Positions 1 through 9,436 of a stretch of 47,501 bases of DNA are shown here, one piece after another (the stretch's first letter is position 1; the number at the start of each line of letters is the position of its first letter). A program made the position numbers and the translations under genes. The notes below the pieces were generated by a model that was given only the letters and a program-made list of their open reading frames with translations, searched no databases and had not been told where the DNA came from. Origin of the DNA: Colwellia polaris (GTDB lineage Archaea > Nanohalarchaeota > Nanosalinia > Nanosalinales > Nanosalinaceae); assembly GCA_047617785.1 (NCBI GenBank), contig JBLGBK010000007.1, forward strand, positions 1 through 47,501, in the 5' to 3' direction.

Positions 1-11
1 AGCTCTGGGAG

Positions 12-704
12 ATGAACTACAATACGGACGAAACTCCTGCCAAAGTTGGCCCTCTTGATGGTTACGTAGACGATACTGAAGATTACCTCAGTAGACTAGG
101 TATATTCTTTGAAGATGATGGCGAAGACCCAGATCACTTCGGCGATGCGATAGGAGAACACTGGAAAGACGTTAGAATAAAAGTAGAAGAGGAAGAACAG
201 CCGGGAGGGACGAAAGAGCATTATATTGTAACTGAAATACGACCGCTATCCATGCAGCCATCAGTGGCTGAAGAAACAGCAGTACACGGCTTCATGATAG
301 GAAGAATAGCCTATGCACAGGAAAACGAAGAGGAGCTCACGCCGTACGACGAAGTCCTAGAGAACAGAGAGAAAGCAATGAAACAGGGCCTATCTGCAGA
401 TCAGATGGTTTACAATAAAAACGGACAAGTAGTAAGAGCAGATACAGATACAGTTCTACGTGAAGAGATCGATAAGGCAAGAAAGGGGCTTGAAGAACTG
501 AGTATAGACGATCCCGGATACATGGACTTGCTGGAAGAAAGAATAGAGTACGGAACACCAGCCGACCGCTCCGCAGAAATCTACAACCGGCTCTCATCAA
601 ACGGATCAACACAGGAAGAAGCATTAAAACAAGCACTGGCGATAGATGATAGCGCAGTTTGGGACTCGCAAAATCCTATGGAAACACACTACTCATCACA
701 ATGA
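12..704 (+). CDS. Hypothetical acidic protein
   Basis: 230-aa D/E-rich ORF matching host composition; its stop overlaps the next start (ATGA at 701-704); no family recognised. Confidence 0.7.
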   Translation: MNYNTDETPAKVGPLDGYVDDTEDYLSRLGIFFEDDGEDPDHFGDAIGEHWKDVRIKVEEEEQPGGTKEHYIVTEIRPLSMQPSVAEETAVHGFMIGRIAYAQENEEELTPYDEVLENREKAMKQGLSADQMVYNKNGQVVRADTDTVLREEIDKARKGLEELSIDDPGYMDLLEERIEYGTPADRSAEIYNRLSSNGSTQEEALKQALAIDDSAVWDSQNPMETHYSSQ

Positions 705-1480
705 AGGCGGAAATAATCGGTGAAGGAAAACCAGAAGTAGCCGTAGTGGGGTTGGTGCATGGTGATGAAGCATGTGGGCTCCGTGCTATACGCAGATTTA
801 AAGAAGAAGTGAAGAATGGAAATTACAGCCTTGAAAAATCGGTGAAATTGGTTCTAGCCAATGAAAAAGCATTCAATCAGGGAAAGCGCTATGTAGACAA
901 AGATCTCAATCGCAGTTTCCCAGGCAGTCATGAAAGCGATCAGTATGAGGAAAGGCTAGCTGCACGTCTAAGGGGCGAACTTGAAGGATTGAAAGTTCTT
1001 GATCTGCACGCCTCAGAATCTCCAAAGACTCCGTTCGCAATAATATCTGGGATGGAAAAAGGAGGGATTGAGGTAGCAGAAACCACTTGTATGGAAAATC
1101 TTGTAGAGATATCATTTGTGAAAGGGAGCTTGATAGATGATCTTGATGCTGCAGTAGTCGAATGTGGTTTCCATAACGAACAGGAATCGGCAGAAGTAGC
1201 ATACAACGTTACAGTCAACTTCCTTGCAGCACATGATGTGATAGAACAAAAACATGATACAGTACAGCCCGAAATCTATAAGGTGACGGGTAAAGAGGAG
1301 GGAGAAAAATTTGAGTTCGTTGCAGAGAACTTTGCGCCTGTAGAAAAAGGTGAAATATATGCAAAGAAATCAGGTGAAGAGAGAAAAGCTGAAGAAAAAT
1401 TCTGGCCGATACTCATGTCAACAAATGGCTACAATGAGATGATAGGTTTCAGAGGTCAGAAAGTAGAAAAAGAATTATAA
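701..1480 (+). CDS. Succinylglutamate desuccinylase/aspartoacylase family (M14-like Zn hydrolase)
   Basis: Motifs HGDE, DLNRSFPG and LDLH; start placed at ATG 701 (MKAEIIG), coupled to the upstream stop. Confidence 0.88.
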   Translation: MKAEIIGEGKPEVAVVGLVHGDEACGLRAIRRFKEEVKNGNYSLEKSVKLVLANEKAFNQGKRYVDKDLNRSFPGSHESDQYEERLAARLRGELEGLKVLDLHASESPKTPFAIISGMEKGGIEVAETTCMENLVEISFVKGSLIDDLDAAVVECGFHNEQESAEVAYNVTVNFLAAHDVIEQKHDTVQPEIYKVTGKEEGEKFEFVAENFAPVEKGEIYAKKSGEERKAEEKFWPILMSTNGYNEMIGFRGQKVEKEL

Positions 1481-1490
1481 CAGTCAGTCT

Positions 1491-1574
1491 CTAGAATTAG
1501 GATATGTCAACAGCCGGTGGACGCGTTTGGCAGCACGTTTTCTACTAGCCCCGGCTTTACAATTTCTAATTTAG
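1491..1574 (-). ncRNA. Candidate structured small RNA (long imperfect hairpin)
   Basis: Nested inverted repeats ctagaattag/ctaatttag and agccgg/ccggct, plus inner ACGUG/CGCGU (G-U compatible on the minus strand); GC-rich patch in an AT-rich intergenic region; TATA-like TTTATT on the minus strand near 1600. Confidence 0.35.
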
Positions 1575-1769
1575 TTCGAAAGTACAGTTCTATATCAGCA
1601 ATAAAGAATGTTTCGTGGCATAAAAATCTCTTGTTTTTAATTACAGAACTTCTATATCGCTAAAAACGTTTTTGGAGACTTAAATATATCTTAGAATCCG
1701 TATAGAAGATGTTAAGGTTTTTTAAACTTTTATCTCGTGTGTAAAGTTACGTGATAAAAATGCAAAGTA

Positions 1770-2186
1770 ATGCAGAAACGTTTAATGCAGAAGCTCAGCA
1801 GAAGGGTGGATGTTTTTGGAAACATATACGCAAAACCTATAGATAATTCTACGGCTCTTTCCCCGCAGTATCAGGGTGCCAAAGAGTTTTCTCTTTATCA
1901 TGAAGGTCTCGACAAGGAGGTAGGAACTGTGGAAGTTGCGCCTTACGATGCAATGCTAGGCGAAGAGTTCATAGAGCTCGAACTTGATGAGGAGATGCTT
2001 GAGGAGGATGAATCTGAGGTCTATCTCTCGATGGAGCACGCTGAAGAGGCGATAAACGAATTCTACCGCGAGAATTTTCCTTCGATGGAAAATGCTCGGG
2101 CCTCGAACCTAGGTCTTGTGGAAAAAGCCGAACAGATACTGGAAGGAAACCGTCAGAAACAAAGTTCTGGGATGTATGAATTCTAG
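1770..2186 (+). CDS. Hypothetical acidic protein
   Basis: 138-aa E-rich ORF (start may be 1785); TATA-like TTTTTAAA near 1718; ends 11 bp before trpB. Confidence 0.65.
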   Translation: MQKRLMQKLSRRVDVFGNIYAKPIDNSTALSPQYQGAKEFSLYHEGLDKEVGTVEVAPYDAMLGEEFIELELDEEMLEEDESEVYLSMEHAEEAINEFYRENFPSMENARASNLGLVEKAEQILEGNRQKQSSGMYEF

Positions 2187-2197
2187 GTGAAAGAATA

Positions 2198-3352
2198 ATG
2201 GAACAGAACTCAGAGTTCGGCGGAAAGTTCGTACCAGAACTCCTCGTACCGGTTCTCCAAGAACTGGAACAGGAGTTCGAAAAAGCAAAGAACAGTGAAG
2301 AATTCGAACGAGAGTTCGAAAAACACCTCAAAGAGTTTGCAGGAAGACCTACTTCAGTCTACTATGCAGAGAATCTCTCCGAACGTTACGGGGCAGAGAT
2401 CTACCTCAAACGAGAGGATTTACTTCACGGAGGAGCGCACAAGATTAACAATACTCTTGGTCAGGCCTTGCTCGCGAAGAAGATGGGTAAGGAGCGATTA
2501 ATCGCAGAGACAGGAGCAGGACAGCACGGTATCGCAACTGCAATGGCTGGTGCATACTTTGGCATGGATGTAGAAATATACATGGGGAGAAAGGATGTCG
2601 AACGCCAGAAGATGAATGCTCTTAGGATTGAGAAATGTGGTGCAGAGGTCAAACCGGTTGATCAGGGAGGAAAAACTCTCAAGGACGCGGTCAACGCAGC
2701 GATACAGGATTATGTCGCAAATTCGGAAGATACACATTACCTGATTGGAAGCGTCGTAGGCCCTGAACCGTTCCCAGAGATCGTACGTTACTTCCAGCAG
2801 GTGATTGGTGAAGAAGCACGGGAACAGTTCCTAGAAAAAGAAGGAGAACTGCCAGACGCACTTGTTGCATGTGTTGGAGGGGGAAGCAACGCGATAGGTC
2901 TCTTCCATGAATTTATTGAAGATGAAGAGGTCGCGATGTACGGAGCAGAGGCCGGAGGTAACGAAGAAGGTAACGCGGCCAGTATCTCTCAGGGAGAAGT
3001 TGGGATATTTCAGGGTTTCAAATCTTACTTCCTGCAGGATGATAACGGCAACATAGAAGAAGCAGAATCTGTCTCTGCAGGCCTAGACTACCCGGGTGTA
3101 GGTCCTCAGCACTCAGAACTCGACAAGATGAAACGTGCCAACTACTTCGCTGTCAACGACAACGCAGCCATGCAGGCCTTTACAGATCTCTCCGAGACAG
3201 AAGGTATCGTGCCGGCGTTGGAATCTGCTCATGCAGTAGCTCTCGCAAAAGAGCTCGCTGAAGACCATGATAAGATACTGGTGAATCTCTCAGGACGTGG
3301 AGACAAGGATATGCATACTGTAGCGGAGGTGGAAGGTCTTGAATTCGATTAA
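2198..3352 (+). CDS. trpB: Tryptophan synthase beta subunit (TrpB1 type)
   Basis: [23 protein letters not shown] (PLP lysine), [29 protein letters not shown]; AGGTGA RBS upstream. Confidence 0.97.
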   Translation: MEQNSEFGGKFVPELLVPVLQELEQEFEKAKNSEEFEREFEKHLKEFAGRPTSVYYAENLSERYGAEIYLKREDLLHGGAHKINNTLGQALLAKKMGKERLIAETGAGQHGIATAMAGAYFGMDVEIYMGRKDVERQKMNALRIEKCGAEVKPVDQGGKTLKDAVNAAIQDYVANSEDTHYLIGSVVGPEPFPEIVRYFQQVIGEEAREQFLEKEGELPDALVACVGGGSNAIGLFHEFIEDEEVAMYGAEAGGNEEGNAASISQGEVGIFQGFKSYFLQDDNGNIEEAESVSAGLDYPGVGPQHSELDKMKRANYFAVNDNAAMQAFTDLSETEGIVPALESAHAVALAKELAEDHDKILVNLSGRGDKDMHTVAEVEGLEFD

Positions 3353-4094
3353 AGAAGTATTTGAAAACGGAAAGGCCTTCATGCCTTTCACAGTCGGAGG
3401 ATACCCTGATAAGGAGATCTCGAAGCAGATAGTACAGACCTTGATCGACAGTGGAGCAGATATCGTCGAGCTAGGAGTTCCTTTCAGCGATCCGATGGCT
3501 GATGGCCCAACCATCACAGAAGCGGATATGGAGGCTCTGGAGCACGATGTAGGTGCAGATGATGTGCTTGAAGTCGCCTCAGAGTTCCCTGATACGCCGA
3601 TAGTATTGATGGCGTATGCAAATACGGTTAGAAGGTATGGCTATGAGGCGTTCTTTGATGCACTTGAGGACGCTGGTGTAAACGGGTTGATTATTCCGGA
3701 TATGCCTCCTGGCGAGTATAGAGATGAAATTGGAGAGATCGACACTAAAGTGAAGAAAATCTTTTTGGTAGCTCAAAATACGCCTGAGGATCGTCTTCAG
3801 GAGATTGGTGAGATGACAGAAGGATTTGCCTATCTTGTCTCTGTAAAAGGTACGACTGGAGCTAGAGATAGCTTTGAAAGACAGGCTGAAGAACTGATAG
3901 AGAAGACTTCAAGTCTTGAAGTGCCTAGAGCAATAGGTTTCGGCATATCCAGCAGAGATCATGTTGAAGCATCCATTAATACGGGTGCAGACGGCGTGAT
4001 TGTTGGAAGCGCACTGATTGACGCTTATGAAGAGGGAGGTCTAGAAGAGATGAAAGATCTCGCCGAGGAGCTGGAGGGAGGGGTGGAGAGATGA
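3339..4094 (+). CDS. trpA: Tryptophan synthase alpha subunit
   Basis: [16 protein letters not shown] with catalytic Glu and Asp, [20 protein letters not shown]; TTG start overlapping trpB, GGAGG upstream. Confidence 0.96.
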   Translation: MNSIKEVFENGKAFMPFTVGGYPDKEISKQIVQTLIDSGADIVELGVPFSDPMADGPTITEADMEALEHDVGADDVLEVASEFPDTPIVLMAYANTVRRYGYEAFFDALEDAGVNGLIIPDMPPGEYRDEIGEIDTKVKKIFLVAQNTPEDRLQEIGEMTEGFAYLVSVKGTTGARDSFERQAEELIEKTSSLEVPRAIGFGISSRDHVEASINTGADGVIVGSALIDAYEEGGLEEMKDLAEELEGGVER

Positions 4095-4149
4095 CACCCG
4101 CTTCCTATTTCAAAATCATTCCCAAAGAATCGCTTAGAGGACGATAAAA

Positions 4150-5259
4150 ATGCCAGATATTGACCCTTGGGGCGACGTAGAAGCTGGAAAATACAAAGAA
4201 AAAATGGATAAGTTCGGAATCGAACCGATTGAAGATGTAGAAGACAGACTTCCTGATCACAGGTTCATCCGAAGAGGGATAGTATTTGGTCATAGAGGTC
4301 TTGACGACTTTCTGGATGCGCGACAGGAAGGCGATGAGTTCGCGATGATGACGGGTATAATGCCGTCAGGAGTATTCCACTTTGGTCACAAATGTGTCGT
4401 CGACCAGATCAAAATTTACCAAGAAATGGGGGCGCAGGTAACAATCGCCGCAGCAGACATCGAGGCCTATAACACGCGCGATATGAGCCTGGAAGAAGCC
4501 CGGAAACTTGTAATAGAAGAATACCTCAAAAACTACGTAGCGCTTGGTATCGATCTGGAAGAGGTTGATTTCTACTTTCAGTCCAAGGCGGGCAACAATC
4601 ATCTCGCACGTGCAGCGACTTTCGGCCGTTACCTGACGCAGAACGAGATGGAAGCAACATACGGAAGTGCAAATCCTGGGAAAATGTCGGCAGCACAGAT
4701 ACAGTACGCAGATATTCTTAGGCCTCAGTTCCCGGAGAACGGCGGCCCTAAACCAACTGTTGTGCCTGTAGGAGTCGATCAAGATCCTCATATCCGGTTA
4801 ACTAGGGAAGTGGCCCGGAAGTACAGAGATCAGGAGTTCCAGAAGCCTGCGTCAACTTACAACAAGTTTATGAGAGGTCTTCAAGGCGGGAAGATGAGCT
4901 CTTCCAAACCGAAGAGTTACATCGCATTAACTGATAGTATAGAAGATGCGAAGAAGAAGATTGATCAGGCAAAAACTGGTGGAAAAGACTCCTTAGAGGA
5001 GCATAGGGAAAAAGGTGCGGATGTAGAGGAAGATATGGTATTTGAGCTTCTAGCTTTCCACTTAATAAAAGACGATGATGAGCTTCAGAGGATCCGTGAA
5101 GAGTATGAATCTGGAGAGATGCTTTCCGGTGAACTGAAGCAGATTGCGAAGGATAAGCTGGAGGAGTTCATGGAAGAGCATCAGAGGAAACGTGAAGAGG
5201 CATCTGAAGAGGTCGAGCAATATATTGAGAAAAACTTTGAATTCGACATTAATCCTTGA
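4150..5259 (+). CDS. trpS: Tryptophanyl-tRNA synthetase (archaeal type)
   Basis: RRGIVFGHR, HIGH-like PSGVFHFGH, VGVDQDPH, KMSSS. Confidence 0.95.
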   Translation: MPDIDPWGDVEAGKYKEKMDKFGIEPIEDVEDRLPDHRFIRRGIVFGHRGLDDFLDARQEGDEFAMMTGIMPSGVFHFGHKCVVDQIKIYQEMGAQVTIAAADIEAYNTRDMSLEEARKLVIEEYLKNYVALGIDLEEVDFYFQSKAGNNHLARAATFGRYLTQNEMEATYGSANPGKMSAAQIQYADILRPQFPENGGPKPTVVPVGVDQDPHIRLTREVARKYRDQEFQKPASTYNKFMRGLQGGKMSSSKPKSYIALTDSIEDAKKKIDQAKTGGKDSLEEHREKGADVEEDMVFELLAFHLIKDDDELQRIREEYESGEMLSGELKQIAKDKLEEFMEEHQRKREEASEEVEQYIEKNFEFDINP

Positions 5260-5302
5260 TCGAGGATGAACTGTTAAAGGCGTCTAATTCTATTTTTTCT
5301 TT

Positions 5303-6085
5303 ATGTTGTCGGAGTTTATCTTAAGAGAGGAGAACCTTGGTCGCTATGACTTGCTTTTTCTTACCGGTCTCCTATCTGCATTAGGCGGCTTCGTTGTGGC
5401 TATTCTTGTTCAATTTCAGGTTTCTATCTCTACAGTGGTTTTTGCCGCTCTACCTCTAGTATATCCTCTCATGTCAAAGTTCCTAAATGATGAAGATGAT
5501 GGTAGACCGCACCGTTCTGAGATAGCTAGCTATTTTTCGTTGTTCGCAGGTCAAGCTTCTGCATTTTTGATACTTGGTATGTTGGCGCGGGAAAAATTTA
5601 CCGCGCAGCTAAGTGCTATTGGAGCCACTGGTAGCTTTGTTAATATGGACTCGCTTTTCATCCAGATATTGTCCAACAATATGACTGTGTTCGCTGTAAT
5701 ATTCTTTGCCTCGGTATTTATTGGTTCTGCAGGCGCCTTTATACTTACATGGAATGCCTCGGTTCTTGGGGTTTTCTTCTCTCGGCTGCTTTCTTTTAGA
5801 GGCACTTCTGATTATGTAAGTCCTATACTGTACGTTCCTCACGCTACCTTGGAGATATCTGGATTTATCTTAGCGGGCGTAACCGGTTCTTTGGTTTCGG
5901 CAGCGCTTTATAGAAAACATTTTGACTATGATACGTGGCAAGATTATGGGCTTCTTACAGGTCTTGGTATTTCTTTGGTGATTACAGGCGCGTTCCTAGA
6001 GACAGGGATACTATATGGTTTCCTTGCTGGTCTTTTGTCGGTAATGGCCTTTGCGTACAAGCTTTACACGCTTGGCGATCTCTAG
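5303..6085 (+). CDS. SpoIIM-family multi-pass membrane protein
   Basis: About 7-8 TM segments; IxxNN, WNASVLG and PHATLE motifs. Confidence 0.75.
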   Translation: MLSEFILREENLGRYDLLFLTGLLSALGGFVVAILVQFQVSISTVVFAALPLVYPLMSKFLNDEDDGRPHRSEIASYFSLFAGQASAFLILGMLAREKFTAQLSAIGATGSFVNMDSLFIQILSNNMTVFAVIFFASVFIGSAGAFILTWNASVLGVFFSRLLSFRGTSDYVSPILYVPHATLEISGFILAGVTGSLVSAALYRKHFDYDTWQDYGLLTGLGISLVITGAFLETGILYGFLAGLLSVMAFAYKLYTLGDL

Positions 6086-6807
6086 AAAGCAGTCTGGTTT
6101 GGATAGGTCATTATGCCGTTATTCGTAATACGTAACGGGTGTATGTCTGAGGAGTGGTCTGTACGACGCATTTTGAAAACTTCAATTGTACGGGTGCGTG
6201 AAGACTCAACTCTCTCGTATCCTAGCATGATTACGCCATCAACGATAAACTCGATAATCTGGTAACGGCTGACTTGCTGAGATTGCTCGCTGTAAGGTAC
6301 CTCGGATAGAAGGCAGGCGGTAACATCGTGATCTCGTAGGAAGTCTGCTAATTCATTTACGTACTCTCTACGTACGGGGGAGGAATCAAATACCATAGCA
6401 AACTTTGTAATGGAGTCTAGTACTAGTCGGTCTGCGTCAACTTCTTCTACTTTGCGTTTTAGTTTCTCAAGGAATCTTTGTGGTTCGAAAACTTCGCCTC
6501 CAGATCCTGACTTCATTAGATTGTTTACTTCTTCGAAATGTACTTTGTCCTTGATTTCGTCGTCGTCGAAATCCATTCCGAAGTGCTTACTAGTTTCCTT
6601 AATGTTATCTACGGGTTCAGATATTGAGAAATATACACCGGTTTCGTCGTGGTTTTTTGCACCTTTGTAGAGGTATTCGGTGGTTAGCGTTGTTTTACCG
6701 CTTCCGGAGGTACCGCTGACTAGTACAATATGTCCGCTAGGTATGCCTCCTTTCAGAAGTTGGTCTAATCCTTGTACGCCGGTAACTGTCCTCTCTACTT
6801 CAGGCAT
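6082..6807 (-). CDS. KaiC/RAD55-family single-domain ATPase (intact motifs)
   Basis: TGVQGLDQLLKGGIP, Walker A GTSGSGKT, Walker B LVLDS, EFIVDGVI, KMR finger. Confidence 0.92.
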   Translation of the reverse strand: MPEVERTVTGVQGLDQLLKGGIPSGHIVLVSGTSGSGKTTLTTEYLYKGAKNHDETGVYFSISEPVDNIKETSKHFGMDFDDDEIKDKVHFEEVNNLMKSGSGGEVFEPQRFLEKLKRKVEEVDADRLVLDSITKFAMVFDSSPVRREYVNELADFLRDHDVTACLLSEVPYSEQSQQVSRYQIIEFIVDGVIMLGYERVESSRTRTIEVFKMRRTDHSSDIHPLRITNNGIMTYPNQTAF

Positions 6808-6937
6808 GCTTTAGTAATTGACAACTTTGGTTATTAAAACTAGCTCGTTTTGGTTCTTGAAAGAATATTATAAACAGCTGTCTAAAAACAATATGTAGAG
6901 GGATATGTTCTCTCTAAAAATGGAGGTATATTAATTA

Positions 6938-7636
6938 ATGCCAGATAGACTAAGCACAGGAATAGATAACCTAGACGACATGCTGGAAGGAGGAATACCG
7001 GCAAACTCAACAGTAATCATAATGGGAGACAAAGGAACGGGTAAAGGGCCTTTAGTCAACAAACTGATGCAGCAAGGATTAAATGAAGATCAAGAAGGAC
7101 TTTACCTCACGCTGGATGGGTCTCCTGACGATGTAGTGGAGGATGCTGACTACTATGGGTGGGATTTCTCAGAATACAAAGATGATCAACTTGTATTCAT
7201 AGATGGATACTCCTGGCAGGCAGGAGGTTCAGACTCAATGTACGCTCTTGACGGTTTATCTGACATGAACCAGATGAATATGACCTTTACTGACGCAATG
7301 AACGCTTTAGGAGATGAAAGAAAACGTGTAGTGGTCAACTCGGCATCAACGCTACTTCTATACACTGACTCACAGTCTACAGTAAAGCTACTCCAGGTTA
7401 TAGGAGCAAAAAGCTCGGCATCAGGAGGCGCGCTCTTCATAACAATAGAAGAAAGCACCCACGATGAACAGACACTATCAACAATTAACCACGTTGCGGA
7501 TGGAGTTATCAAGCTGAAAATGGATGGAGATGACAAGAAAATCTCTGTCTCAAGAATGGATAAAACAGATCACACGCGTGACTGGAAGACAATGACTGTT
7601 GACAAGGACGCAGGAGAGATAGATATAGAGGAATAA
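6938..7636 (+). CDS. KaiC/RAD55-family ATPase, probably catalytically degenerate
   Basis: TGIDNLDDMLEGGIP; Walker A GDKGTGKG (G replaces S/T); Walker B VVVNS (N replaces D); ADGVIKL; GGAGG RBS. Confidence 0.85.
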   Translation: MPDRLSTGIDNLDDMLEGGIPANSTVIIMGDKGTGKGPLVNKLMQQGLNEDQEGLYLTLDGSPDDVVEDADYYGWDFSEYKDDQLVFIDGYSWQAGGSDSMYALDGLSDMNQMNMTFTDAMNALGDERKRVVVNSASTLLLYTDSQSTVKLLQVIGAKSSASGGALFITIEESTHDEQTLSTINHVADGVIKLKMDGDDKKISVSRMDKTDHTRDWKTMTVDKDAGEIDIEE

Positions 7637-7717
7637 ACTCTTCTCTCACCAATCTCTTATTTTGGCGCTTAACACCTAGATAAACCCGCTTATGCCTCTT
7701 AACTCCTTCTAACCTAG

Positions 7718-7726
7718 TTTTATAAA
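7718..7726 (+). promoter_or_regulatory. TATA box of the KaiC-GTPase fusion gene (leaderless-type spacing)
   Basis: TTTTATAAA about 23 nt upstream of ATG 7749. Confidence 0.55.
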
Positions 7727-7748
7727 CAAGTAAAACATACTCATTGAT

Positions 7749-8912
7749 ATGTCCAAGATTGAACTTCCTCTAGATCGACTGAACGAGGCATTGGATGGAG
7801 GAGTAGAAGACGGATCAAACGTCCTATTCCTCGCCGACCTTGCAGTAGACAAGTCAAAATTCGCATCGGCGCTAGTAAACTATAGAATGGAGCAAGAAGA
7901 CAATGTAATATACTTCATCAATAATAAGATGCCGCAATACGTAAAGGAAAGAGTGGATAATCCGGAAAGCGAAAACTTTGCAGTAATAGATGGGTTTTCG
8001 TCTACTCTGGGGAAAGAGTCTAATGAACGCTTCCAAATCGATACTAATCTGAAAGCAGATAGAAAGGATTATATTGAAGAATCAAAGGATGTCGCAATTG
8101 ATGCAATGGAAGAAATGGAAAGTTGGGGATCGACTTTTATCTTGGACTCTCTAGACGCCTTTGTTGGCCAATGGGATGAAATGCAGGATTTCGCAGAATC
8201 TCTTAGACCAGTAGCCGGGAGAACAAGCACTGTAAATTATTTCTTACTTCCAAACCTTGGCTTTGAAGACGAAGGTGACGAACTAGAAGAATTAGAAGAA
8301 ATATTTGACTATGTAATACATCTAAAAGGCATAGAAAGATCTGGTATCATCCTCAAGTTTATCGAGATCAGAAAGCCAGACGTGGAAACACGAGTACCTT
8401 TCGACATAACTCCAAGAGGCCTCGTAATGTATGTTCCAAAACTCTTAGTTACAGGACCTTACGATGCTGGAAAGTCGACAACTGTTCAGAGTATGTCAGA
8501 GGAATCAGTATCCGTCGACCGTTTAGGAACCACGGTTGCACTGGACCACGGACAGGTTGAGAAGAAAGGATTGAAGGCAGAACTGTTCGGAACCCCGGGT
8601 CAGAAACGTTTCGACTGGGCGCTGGATTTCCTAGGACAGTCAATGTTTGGATGCTTTATTGTAGTTGACTCCCGTGATCCGAACTATGATAGAGTAGAGG
8701 AACTGAAGCAGGATCTCACAGCAGAAGAACTACCCTTTATCATACTAGCTAACTTCCAAAACAAGGATGATGCTCTCAGCCCAGAAGAGATTGAAGAAGA
8801 AACAGGAATTGAGACACTGGGAGTAGATGCTAAGAACGGTGAGAATCTAGATCAATCTCTAGAAAGGCTTATGGACAAAATCATGGATCAACACTCCTGG
8901 TACTACGCATAA
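7749..8912 (+). CDS. Fusion of an inactive KaiC/RAD55 domain and an MglA/CvnD-like small GTPase
   Basis: N-terminal LDRLNEALDGG, degenerate P-loop ADLAVDKS, FILDSL, FDYVIHL; C-terminal G1 GPYDAGKS, TTVALDHG, G3 FGTPGQ, G4-like ANFQN. Confidence 0.88.
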   Translation: MSKIELPLDRLNEALDGGVEDGSNVLFLADLAVDKSKFASALVNYRMEQEDNVIYFINNKMPQYVKERVDNPESENFAVIDGFSSTLGKESNERFQIDTNLKADRKDYIEESKDVAIDAMEEMESWGSTFILDSLDAFVGQWDEMQDFAESLRPVAGRTSTVNYFLLPNLGFEDEGDELEELEEIFDYVIHLKGIERSGIILKFIEIRKPDVETRVPFDITPRGLVMYVPKLLVTGPYDAGKSTTVQSMSEESVSVDRLGTTVALDHGQVEKKGLKAELFGTPGQKRFDWALDFLGQSMFGCFIVVDSRDPNYDRVEELKQDLTAEELPFIILANFQNKDDALSPEEIEEETGIETLGVDAKNGENLDQSLERLMDKIMDQHSWYYA

Positions 8913-8968
8913 AAGCTAGAAAAACCAGGAAAATTTAAAAATACTTAGAGATTAATGGTTTAACAAAG

Positions 8969-9334
8969 ATGGCAAGTAAAGAGAAAAAACTCCAAGAACC
9001 CTTAGATGACTTAGACGATGTTCAAAGTGTTAAAGGTGCTGCAGTTGTCCGGCGAGACGGATTATTAATCGCTTCTAACCTGAGTTCTGATATTAATGAT
9101 GATCAGGTTGGTGCTATGACGGCATCTACAGTAGGGTCTGGAGAGACGGCAAGTGAATCACTGGAAATGGGAGATGTAGAAGCAGTAACAATCGAAGCAA
9201 AAAACGGAAAACTAGTCGCTACAGGAGCAGGAGACGAAGGAATCCTAGCAATACTAACAGACGACGACGTCAACATGGGACTAGTAAAAGTCGAAATGGA
9301 AAAAGCAACAGACAAAATCAAAAGAGTACTTTGA
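8969..9334 (+). CDS. Roadblock/LC7 (MglB-like) protein
   Basis: GAAVVRRDGLLIAS, GAMTAS and NMGLVKVEM pattern; 121 aa; follows the GTPase. Confidence 0.93.
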   Translation: MASKEKKLQEPLDDLDDVQSVKGAAVVRRDGLLIASNLSSDINDDQVGAMTASTVGSGETASESLEMGDVEAVTIEAKNGKLVATGAGDEGILAILTDDDVNMGLVKVEMEKATDKIKRVL

Positions 9335-9436
9335 TTTTTCTTCACATTCTTCTAACCTTTCCTTAGTCCACTTTCCCAGTTTTACGCCTTCAGAGTTCTA
9401 TATGTTTAAAAATTTCTATCTACAAACGGTGTTTTT

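Noticed and set aside
1504-1548. Mini-ORF MSTAGGRVWQHVFY as a trp attenuator leader peptide
   Set aside because: Only one Trp codon, 650 bp and an intervening gene before trpB, and no terminator/antiterminator pair; the hairpin explains the region at least as well
5303-6085. Sporulation role for the SpoIIM-family gene, or membership in the MoxR module
   Set aside because: The family is widespread in non-sporulating organisms, and it lies ~25 kb from moxR
6082-8912. Circadian clock
   Set aside because: Single-domain KaiC homologs, no KaiA/KaiB in the window, and the Ser-Thr phosphosite positions read EF, NH and EE
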